Shown here piece after piece: positions 14,688-21,707 of a stretch of DNA of 28,412 nucleotides. Position numbers and translations under genes: made by a program. Location: IMG/VR virus record IMGVR_UViG_3300023100_000007, positions 1 to 28,412 of that record; one strand, written 5' to 3'. Every line of letters starts with the position of its first letter. Position 1 is the first letter of the stretch. The notes under the pieces are model-generated. The model saw only the letters and a list, made by a program, of their open reading frames with translations. It was not told the DNA's origin and did no database searches. Source of the DNA: a virus. Taxonomy: Duplodnaviria; Caudoviricetes.

Positions 14688-15160
14688 ACGGATTCTCCTT
14701 TTTTAGTGGATATTGCTTTTCGACCTATTTCAGCAAGCCTCATATTTACGGCTCTCATAGATCTATTATTTCTTTCTTCTTGACTAATTTTTAACTTATA
14801 GCCAGTTCTGTATTCTCGTTCTGAATTGGTAACTTTTGTATGGTCCCCGTGCATCAGGACTGACAAATTTTCTGGACGGTTATCATGCTTAATTCCATTT
14901 ATATGGTGGACGTCCTCATCAATTCGCAGGGGCCTACCAAGTATCCCCTCAGCTACCCATCGATGTTGCTTTACTCTTATTTGAGTTGACTCATCAATCC
15001 ATATCCTCCCCTCTATGTATCCTTTGCTATTTTTCCACCAACTAACTTCTTTTTTATTCTGGCCACCATTGTTAGCCCAAGAGCAAGGGCGGCTGCAATA
15101 CTTAGAGGTAGACCTAGCGGCATTGAAATCTTCGCCGCAGTTTTGACATTTTTTCTTCAT
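14684..15160 (-). CDS. HNH homing endonuclease with an N-terminal Zn finger
   Basis: CQNC..YCSRPC and HRWVAE...VHHINGIKHDNRPENL; visibly AT-richer than its flanks. Confidence 0.88.
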   Translation of the reverse strand: MKKKCQNCGEDFNAARSTSKYCSRPCSWANNGGQNKKEVSWWKNSKGYIEGRIWIDESTQIRVKQHRWVAEGILGRPLRIDEDVHHINGIKHDNRPENLSVLMHGDHTKVTNSEREYRTGYKLKISQEERNNRSMRAVNMRLAEIGRKAISTKKGESV

Positions 15161-15201
15161 GTTTTATCGCGGCCTTCGATGAGGCTTTAATGTTACACTA
15201 A

Positions 15202-15420
15202 TTACTTAACCAGCGTAAGGTGCCGCCGTTTAGGCTTGTCATGCGGCGACCGATTCACAATGACCCTGTAGCCGCGCTTAGTCTCTTCTGTATCTACATC
15301 GAATCCCCGATTCCTCATTTCTGCCAAGTAGGCGTCGATTTTGTGCTTGGCGACCCGTGTATTGATTGAGTCTCCACCGTGCAAAGCAAGCCAGCAGGCT
15401 GGCGGTCGTGCGTTCTTCAT
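15202..15420 (-). CDS. first leftward early gene (cro position), possibly leaderless
   Basis: 72 aa; TAGAGT -10 box ends 7 nt before the ATG; no SD. Confidence 0.6.
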   Translation of the reverse strand: MKNARPPACWLALHGGDSINTRVAKHKIDAYLAEMRNRGFDVDTEETKRGYRVIVNRSPHDKPKRRHLTLVK

Positions 15421-15427
15421 GGGGCCT

Positions 15428-15521
15428 ACTCTAGCAAGGGATTTGGGCTAGCGGTGTTCTATGTATGCAACGATCTGTTCCAAGATCATGGATTGATAGG
15501 ATGCTGGAATAGGAGGACTAT
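15428..15521. promoter_or_regulatory. divergent promoter pair with GTTCYA boxes
   Basis: Plus strand: GTTCTA 15456, GTTCCA 15477, TTGATA-N17-GACTAT. Minus strand: GTTGCA (15471-15466)-N32-TAGAGT (15433-15428). Confidence 0.65.
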
Positions 15522-15561
15522 AGACCCATCAAGACGGGCAGAGGCCCTTGGGAGAGTAGAG

Positions 15562-15846
15562 ATGACCGCATACGATGACTGGAAGACGACCAAGCAAGAG
15601 ATTGATGATGAGGCTTGGGAGGATGCGACCGAATATGTATTTTGCAGCATGAAGGAAGATGAGGGCGCTGAGGCTGTTAGCATTCTTGCTAACGCGGATG
15701 ACGTGCTGACCTGGCTGAGCCATGCTGTCGAAGTGCCGCAGCATCACCTTCACGCCTTCCGCGACCTTTGCACCCTTGCGGCCAACCTTCGTAAGCAGGT
15801 TGAGACTGAGATGAAGGCTAACCGGAGCTATCCCGATGGCGATTGA
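15562..15846 (+). CDS. hypothetical early protein
   Basis: MTAYDDWKTT...; GGGAGAG RBS. Confidence 0.75.
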   Translation: MTAYDDWKTTKQEIDDEAWEDATEYVFCSMKEDEGAEAVSILANADDVLTWLSHAVEVPQHHLHAFRDLCTLAANLRKQVETEMKANRSYPDGD

Positions 15847-15955
15847 CTGGCCGATGATGATGGATGAAGTGAAGATCGTACTTGCTGGGATCGGCATTGC
15901 CGCATGTGTGGCAGGTCTGATTGGGATTGGGTTTCTGGCTATTGGAGGGGTGTGA
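15836..15955 (+). CDS. 39-aa small membrane protein
   Basis: GGAG RBS; TM IVLAGIGIAACVAGLIGIGFLAIG; TGATG overlap. Confidence 0.55.
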   Translation: MAIDWPMMMDEVKIVLAGIGIAACVAGLIGIGFLAIGGV

Positions 15956-16239
15956 TGAAGGTTTTGATTGCAGCAGTATTGATGATGGGTATGGCGTTCG
16001 GTGCGAGCGCTAGCAACAACTGCGGGCCGGTTGCTGATCTTGCAAAGACGATCATGAAGGCTCGCCAATCTGGCATGTCAATCGTCAAGGCTATGGAGAT
16101 TGCAGGGGATGACAAGGGGGTTCAGGCGATTGTCCGGCTGGCCTACATGGAGCCGCGATATAGCAGCGAGCTGTACCGAGAGAGCGCTGCGACTGACTTT
16201 GAAACTGAGGTGTACCTGATTTGCATTGGCGGCAAGTAA
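15955..16239 (+). CDS. secreted/periplasmic protein
   Basis: Sec signal MKVLIAAVLMMGMAFGASA|; two Cys near the mature termini; GGAGGG RBS. Confidence 0.75.
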   Translation: MKVLIAAVLMMGMAFGASASNNCGPVADLAKTIMKARQSGMSIVKAMEIAGDDKGVQAIVRLAYMEPRYSSELYRESAATDFETEVYLICIGGK

Positions 16240-16290
16240 GTCTTAGCTAGTGCGACTGGCATGCGGTAAAATAGTTGTACGATGAAGATA

Positions 16291-16419
16291 TGGAGTGAAT
16301 GCGCAGGCTGATGCGCAAGAGGAAAGGCTCGATTCAGACCTTTGACTAGCCGCAGATTGGCGGACAATCCTAGTCATAAATCATTTTCATGCGTGGGATC
16401 AGTACACGCCACTCCACCA
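16291..16419 (+). ncRNA. tRNA-like RNA with a loop-loop pseudoknot and CCA end
   Basis: TGGAGTG/CACTCCA plus CCA; TGCGCA-GGCTGA-TGCGCA and GCGTG-GGATCAGTA-CACGC arms with complementary loops. Confidence 0.7.
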
Positions 16420-16436
16420 TTAAGAGAGCAATAGAG

Positions 16437-17339
16437 ATGAATGAAGCAATTGAAGCGCAGCCGAAAGAGCAGCGCATGGCCCCTTATCAGGCGGCTATTA
16501 AAAAGGCAGAGGATAAGTTCCGCGAAGTAGCCGAAAAGTCGGTCAACTATGACCGTGAGTGCATCTTTGCCATGCAGGCATTGATGAAGACAGACTTTGC
16601 CATGCAGACGGCGAACAAGAATCCTAAGTCTGTTCACTTGGCGATGATCAACGTTGCGTCCACTGGCCTGACGTTGAATCCGGCCAATGCTTACGCTTAC
16701 CTGATCCCCCGAGATGGAGCTATCGTCCTAGATATTAGCTACAAGGGCCTTATCAAGATCGCAACGGACACCGGCTCTATCCGTTGGGGTCGTGCTGAGA
16801 TTGTGTACGAAAGCGATACGTTCGAGTACCACGGCCCAGCCCGCGAGCCGGTTCACAAGTGCAATCCGTTCAAGCGTAAGGATGACGATCAAATCATCGG
16901 TGTTTACTGCATCGCTAAGACCAGTGACGGTGACATTCTGACGGAAGTCATGGGCGCAGATGAGCTTGAGAAGATTCGCGGTAAGTCCATGAGCTACGCC
17001 AAGAAGAAGTCCGGCCCGTGGGTTGAGTGGTTTGAGCAGATGGCCAAGAAGGCCGTAATCAAGCGAGCTAGCAAGACGTGGCCTTACACCGAGCGCGCTG
17101 AGAAGCTGAACATTGCCGTTGAAATGGCTAACGAGGCTGAGGGCGGATATGACCTTGAGGCCGAAGCAGTGAAGTTGGTGAGCCAGGACCAAGCCGCAAC
17201 CATTCGTGACCATATCGAGGCATCTGGCATTGATGCCCCTAAGCTGCTTGGAATCATTGGCGTTGATGCTATTGAAGCTATCCCCGCCAATCGATTCACT
17301 GAGGTTGTTCAGACCATCAAAGAGGCTTCTCAGGCGTGA
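16437..17339 (+). CDS. recT: RecT-family single-strand annealing protein
   Basis: GLTLNPA...AYLIPR...ISYKGLIKIA...PWVEWFEQMAKKAVIKRASKTWP; start refined to 16437. Confidence 0.92.
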   Translation: MNEAIEAQPKEQRMAPYQAAIKKAEDKFREVAEKSVNYDRECIFAMQALMKTDFAMQTANKNPKSVHLAMINVASTGLTLNPANAYAYLIPRDGAIVLDISYKGLIKIATDTGSIRWGRAEIVYESDTFEYHGPAREPVHKCNPFKRKDDDQIIGVYCIAKTSDGDILTEVMGADELEKIRGKSMSYAKKKSGPWVEWFEQMAKKAVIKRASKTWPYTERAEKLNIAVEMANEAEGGYDLEAEAVKLVSQDQAATIRDHIEASGIDAPKLLGIIGVDAIEAIPANRFTEVVQTIKEASQA

Positions 17340-17983
17340 GGATTCTAGACTGTGAGCAATACTCGCCTGAGTGGTGGGCGATTCGGGCTGGGGTTCCTAC
17401 AGCGTCAAATGCGGATCGAATCCTGACAGCAGCGGGCAAGCCTTCATCTAGTCAATCGGCTTACATGGCCGAACTGATTGATGAGATTGTTCGTCCGCGT
17501 GATGAGCGACCAGCGGATGAGCAGTCTTTCAGCGGCAACCGACACACCGAGCGTGGCAATGAGTTGGAGCCGAAGGCTAGGGCATGGCATAGCCTAGTAA
17601 CGGGGCATGAAATCAAAGAAGTCGGTATGATCTTCCGCGATGATGGTCTAGTAGCTTGTTCGCCGGATGGACTCATTGTTGGTCCTGATGGCGTGCCGCT
17701 GGGTGGCGGAGAGTACAAGGCCCCCGAGGGAAAGAAGCACGTCCTATGGATGATCGAAAACAAGCTGCCGGATGAGCATAAGCAGCAGGTTCATTTCTCG
17801 CTAGCGGTAAGTGGCTTGCCGTTTTGGGAGTTCGTAAGCCACTGCCCAGGTTACAAGCCGTTCCGTATCCGCGTAACACCCGACGACTATACAGCCAAGA
17901 TGGCGGCTGAGATTGACGCGTTTGTCATCAAGCTACAGGCAGCAAAAGAACAATTCATCGACTATATCAACGCAAGGAAATGA
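17336..17983 (+). CDS. YqaJ/lambda-exonuclease family 5'-3' exonuclease
   Basis: EQYSPEWW..RAG.PTAS...RGNELEP.AR...ACSPDGL...EYKAP...QVH. Confidence 0.9.
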   Translation: MRILDCEQYSPEWWAIRAGVPTASNADRILTAAGKPSSSQSAYMAELIDEIVRPRDERPADEQSFSGNRHTERGNELEPKARAWHSLVTGHEIKEVGMIFRDDGLVACSPDGLIVGPDGVPLGGGEYKAPEGKKHVLWMIENKLPDEHKQQVHFSLAVSGLPFWEFVSHCPGYKPFRIRVTPDDYTAKMAAEIDAFVIKLQAAKEQFIDYINARK

Positions 17984-17984
17984 A

Positions 17985-18293
17985 ATGGCACAAGTAGTTC
18001 AGCGGTTCAACGTAGCAGCAGGCAAGCCCTATCAGACCCGTGACGGCCAGGATAAGAAGCAGTGGATCAATGCAGGCCGCGCGGTCCAATGGGATGACGG
18101 CGGAATTAGCATCGAACTGACGGCGGTTCCCGTAGGTAATTGGTGGGATGGAAAGCTTTCGCTGTTTGTGCAGGAAGAGAAGCAGCAGAGCGGGAATAGT
18201 GGTGGCGGTCAGCGCCAGCAGGCTCCACAGCAGCGTCAAGCGCCCCAGCATAACAGTGGTGGCAGTTTCAACGATGATGACATTCCTTTCTAA
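17985..18293 (+). CDS. ssb: single-stranded DNA-binding protein
   Basis: Y.TRDG..KKQW, Gln/Gly-rich linker, C-terminal DDDIPF. Confidence 0.85.
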   Translation: MAQVVQRFNVAAGKPYQTRDGQDKKQWINAGRAVQWDDGGISIELTAVPVGNWWDGKLSLFVQEEKQQSGNSGGGQRQQAPQQRQAPQHNSGGSFNDDDIPF

Positions 18294-18316
18294 CATCATA
18301 GAATATTGAGAGTAAA

Positions 18317-18496
18317 ATGACCAAGCAGAAGAAGCCGAAGACTGGCGATGTTGTGGGGTGGATCGTTCTAGGGCATGGCTATGACAGGCCTATCTTTGCA
18401 TCACGAGCATCAGCTAGAGCTGCTATTAAGCAATATTCCCAAGTACACCAAGCGTGGGGAAAGGCTAGGCTTGGCCGAGTATTGCTAGCCAAGTGA
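18317..18496 (+). CDS. 59-aa basic hypothetical protein
   Basis: MTKQKKPKTGDVVGWIV...; GAGAG RBS. Confidence 0.55.
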   Translation: MTKQKKPKTGDVVGWIVLGHGYDRPIFASRASARAAIKQYSQVHQAWGKARLGRVLLAK

Positions 18497-18498
18497 TC

Positions 18499-18564
18499 GT
18501 TCCATTTCCGTAAACGATCTGTTCCACAAATGATGGCTTCATTGTTCCTAGTAATGGGTATGAT
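18499..18564 (+). promoter_or_regulatory. GTTCYA double-box promoter
   Basis: GTTCCA at 18499 and 18521, N32, -10 TATGAT at 18559. Confidence 0.7.
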
Positions 18565-18594
18565 GGAGCCATCAATCACTAGGAGGGAGTAAAG

Positions 18595-19071
18595 ATGACT
18601 ACTGATACCAAGGCTGTGGCGCGGTGGGATATTGATTGCATGCGCGCCCAAATGGACACGTTCGATGATGGGCGCTATGTCGAATTCACATACCACGAGC
18701 GGGTGGTGGGGGATGTATGGGAGATCACTCGTGAAATTCAAATTCAGAGTGATAAATATTGGAATGAGCTACGCCAACTACGTGCCACTTTGGAGGATCT
18801 GAATGAAGCCCAAGCAGTGGGCGATGGCACGGTCTCCGGCTCCCTGCTGCACTGGCACCAGCGTGCGCTTGCCGCAGAGGCCGCCCTCGCTGCGAGTCGC
18901 GCCGAGATTGATGGGTTTCGCTCTGTCTTACAGCAGATTGAGGTAATGGCTCCGGTCCATGGGCTTAACCCTCTGGCAAAGATCAGTGACCCGCAGCACG
19001 TCAAGGTTTGCTGGAATACGCAGCTTGCCGCCAGATCAGCACTTGCCGCAATGGAGAAGGGAAATGTCTGA
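18595..19071 (+). CDS. hypothetical coiled-coil protein
   Basis: 158 aa, AGGAGGGAG RBS. Confidence 0.75.
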   Translation: MTTDTKAVARWDIDCMRAQMDTFDDGRYVEFTYHERVVGDVWEITREIQIQSDKYWNELRQLRATLEDLNEAQAVGDGTVSGSLLHWHQRALAAEAALAASRAEIDGFRSVLQQIEVMAPVHGLNPLAKISDPQHVKVCWNTQLAARSALAAMEKGNV

Positions 19072-19642
19072 GGCCAAGATCAGTGAGGCGGTGCCTATCG
19101 CATGGGTAGACATCGCAAACTGGCGTGACGAACTAGAAGCAAACGAATGTTTCTTCACCGACTATCAGGACGAGGATACTGTTCCCGTCTACCTCCACCC
19201 GCAGCCCGCAGAGCTGGCCGAGCCGCAGGACACGTCTTCTTGGTCGCTGCATGACCGCGTGGAATTCGCCCTGCGCGACGCTGGATTTGACCTAGATGAA
19301 GCCTCGCGGATTGCGTTGCAGGTTGATGGCAAGCAGCAGGTTGGCGAGGTGCAGGATGAGCGCGAGCGGTTTGAGGCTTGGGCTACCTCCAAAGGCCTGA
19401 ACACAGTGCGCTCTAGCGAAGAGATTGACAGGTACGCACACACCGACACTTTCTATGCATGGCAGGGCTACCAAGCCGCCCCGCCAGCGCAGGGCATCGA
19501 CCTGGGGCAGTTACGGCAGGCTGTTGTTCACTGGTATGCGGACGCGGACAACGCGAACACAAACCCGGGTTGGGTGCGCGCAGAAGCCGACCGCCTTCTG
19601 GCCCTGATCGACCATCGCGATGCAGCGCCGGGGGTGGAGTGA
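19064..19642 (+). CDS. mosaic accessory protein (PIAW..PVY and ERERFEAW modules)
   Basis: Start refined to MSEAKIS; modules typical of phage Ead/Eaa-like proteins. Confidence 0.7.
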   Translation: MSEAKISEAVPIAWVDIANWRDELEANECFFTDYQDEDTVPVYLHPQPAELAEPQDTSSWSLHDRVEFALRDAGFDLDEASRIALQVDGKQQVGEVQDERERFEAWATSKGLNTVRSSEEIDRYAHTDTFYAWQGYQAAPPAQGIDLGQLRQAVVHWYADADNANTNPGWVRAEADRLLALIDHRDAAPGVE

Positions 19643-20358
19643 ACATAAGCGAACGCATCCGCAGCCTGATTAGCCATGCTATGACGGCTGCGGAGATTCA
19701 TGAACTCATGCCGGATGTTGACGTTAAGATGATCCGTGGATGCATTCAGCCTATGGTTGCCTCAGGCGTTATGCATCGAGTTGGCGATAAGAAGCCATAC
19801 AAGTACCAGCTAGGCCGTGGCCTAGAAATTCACAACAGAGGTAGGAATTTGAACATCACTCAACAGGTTCGTGAGTACATTCGAGGGCATGCGCCGATCA
19901 GTTCAGATCGAATCGCTATGGGCACTGGATTGGCGCTTAAGGTAGTTCGCTCTCGTGTCAGCGAGATGAAGAAGCGAGGCATGCTTGTACGCGATGACAA
20001 CGGCCTTTACTCGATGGGCCGTGAGCTTATCTGCCGACCGAGCAAAAGGACTGAGGAAGATAAGCGCCGGGATGCACGAGATGCATCAAGGCGTCGGCGC
20101 GCGCGGGAGCGTGCGGCGCGCGAGTCTAAGCGCCCCAAGGAATCCACGCCCATGACGGTTGTGAAGGTCAAAGAGAAGGCAGATCCTAAGGCTGTGAAGA
20201 CGCAGACAGTGGATGAATGGCTGGCAGAAGGCGGCGTTATCGACCGATCCCCTACTCCGCTGCCCTTTGAGCGCCTGAGCCGGGATGATATCGACATGTC
20301 CTATCGTGCTGCATCGACTGCGCAGTTGCGGACCACTCGGACTTATCTTGTCGGGTGA
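19639..20358 (+). CDS. tandem winged-HTH protein with a SutA-like C-terminal motif; putative transcription activator
   Basis: GTG start overlapping the previous stop; MTAAEIHE..V...GV and ISSDRIAMGTGL...VRSRVSEMKKRGML wHTHs; Arg-rich helix; TVDEWLAEGGVI. Confidence 0.7.
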   Translation: MNISERIRSLISHAMTAAEIHELMPDVDVKMIRGCIQPMVASGVMHRVGDKKPYKYQLGRGLEIHNRGRNLNITQQVREYIRGHAPISSDRIAMGTGLALKVVRSRVSEMKKRGMLVRDDNGLYSMGRELICRPSKRTEEDKRRDARDASRRRRARERAARESKRPKESTPMTVVKVKEKADPKAVKTQTVDEWLAEGGVIDRSPTPLPFERLSRDDIDMSYRAASTAQLRTTRTYLVG

Positions 20359-20366
20359 GATGCAGT

Positions 20367-20410
20367 GTTCTAATTTTGGTGTATACAGAGGTTGGTAGGT
20401 GTGTCAATCT
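20367..20410 (+). promoter_or_regulatory. GTTCYA single-box promoter
   Basis: GTTCTA 20367-20372, N32, CAATCT 20405-20410, inside the inverted repeat GGTTGGTAGG/CCTACCAACC. Confidence 0.5.
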
Positions 20411-20437
20411 AGTCCTACCAACCAAGAGGAAAACCAC

Positions 20438-20581
20438 GTGAAGAAGATCATCATCGCAATTTCCATCTGCCTTTCGCTTGCCTCCTGCGCCAGCATGCGT
20501 GAATTCAATAAGCCTGAAGTTGGCGCAGATGGAAGCCGAGAGTTTCGCGTCAGTTCCGCTATTGGGCGCTGCCGCTGCTAA
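20438..20581 (+). CDS. short lipoprotein (possibly truncated; exclusion-lipoprotein-like position)
   Basis: GAGGA RBS, GTG start, MKKIIIAISICLSLAS|C lipobox; stop overlaps the stop of the convergent tail gene. Confidence 0.65.
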   Translation: MKKIIIAISICLSLASCASMREFNKPEVGADGSREFRVSSAIGRCRC

Positions 20582-21318
20582 GCAGTAAAGTTCAATGGAA
20601 CTTCACTAAGGTCAACGATGAATATCGTTGCATTCTGAGGACCCATTGTCGCGCCACCAATAGGATAGGTGTTTGAAAGTAGGATTTGGCTATTTATTGG
20701 GGAGCGTGACCCATAAATCCTATTATCGCTAGTCATATGAAAATGATCTGCCGACATTGTGCATCTGTCTTGAGATACTGAATTGTAATAAAACCTAGGG
20801 GATGGAATGGCAATCCCAATTTTGGTACCAACAGAATATTGTCCAATAAGAATTGGCAAACCTGTAATTTCTGGCAGCGTAATTACATGAAGAACGCGAA
20901 GGCTTTTCCTTCTGGAGTCGTAATATACGGCTCCATTTTCATTTTTCAGCCTTAGCCCTACAGGTCCTGAAGCTGGCGTAGTCAATGCGTTGAATGTGTA
21001 ATATTCAAGAGACTTGTTGGCCGCTTGATTTGATGCATATATGTAACAAGAAATATTTGACTGGACAACTGTAAATCCACTTATAGGCTGAACGTTGTCA
21101 TTTACGTATCTGATGACGTGCAGATTAGTAGTTGCATTAGTGGATGCCAAAAACCCACGCGCTCCTCCATTTACCGAAGGTGGCGACCCGCCAGTCGATC
21201 CAGGTAAAAATGTGCCAGTATCCAAAACACCTGACTTTGCCAGTTGCAAATTTGTATATCCATCTGCAATCTGAATAAGTCCAGTAGATTGGTTTCTGAC
21301 CCTAAAGCCAACAGCCAT
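20578..21318 (-). CDS. tail-tip accessory / receptor-binding-associated protein
   Basis: MAVGFRVRN...IQI and GLRLKNENG.VYYDS repeats typical of post-J tail proteins. Confidence 0.75.
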   Translation of the reverse strand: MAVGFRVRNQSTGLIQIADGYTNLQLAKSGVLDTGTFLPGSTGGSPPSVNGGARGFLASTNATTNLHVIRYVNDNVQPISGFTVVQSNISCYIYASNQAANKSLEYYTFNALTTPASGPVGLRLKNENGAVYYDSRRKSLRVLHVITLPEITGLPILIGQYSVGTKIGIAIPSPRFYYNSVSQDRCTMSADHFHMTSDNRIYGSRSPINSQILLSNTYPIGGATMGPQNATIFIVDLSEVPLNFTA

Positions 21319-21323
21319 CAGCT

Positions 21324-21707
21324 CTACACCCCGTAGTGAATTGTTATACCGCCAACTGTATTTGTGTTTGGATTGTTTACGAAAATCTCAAATCGAACAT
21401 GGTAGTTAACAACGTCATCAACCCAATTCCATGAAATTGAGTTTCCAGAAATGGTAACTGATGGAACAAGCATTCCGTATGTAGAGCGCTGTCCTTCAGC
21501 GGTGAAATAGTAGAAAGGTTCGCCGCCAAGGAAGTCGTTTGAAACCAACCCGCCGTTAGCTGCTGCTGGGGCTGTCCACTTACCGCCAACCAACACCGGG
21601 TTATACAGAGGAAATGTGTAAGAACCAATAGTCTTTGTGATCTTGGTGGTTACAGTCGTTTCAACATAACCATCAGGGCTTTTGACCCTCAACCCAATGT
21701 CGGCCAT
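21324..21707 (-). CDS. small tail-tip protein following J
   Basis: GLRVKSPDG..., C-terminal ITIHYGV; coupled to J. Confidence 0.75.
   Translation of the reverse strand: MADIGLRVKSPDGYVETTVTTKITKTIGSYTFPLYNPVLVGGKWTAPAAANGGLVSNDFLGGEPFYYFTAEGQRSTYGMLVPSVTISGNSISWNWVDDVVNYHVRFEIFVNNPNTNTVGGITIHYGV

Noticed and set aside
15529-17763. Minus-strand ORFs of 179, 161 and 100 aa
   Set aside because: Shadow frames of well-supported plus-strand genes.
19459-19638. N-terminal extension of the 299-aa ORF
   Set aside because: Overlaps the upstream gene; the GTG at 19639 (GTGA coupling) is the more plausible start.
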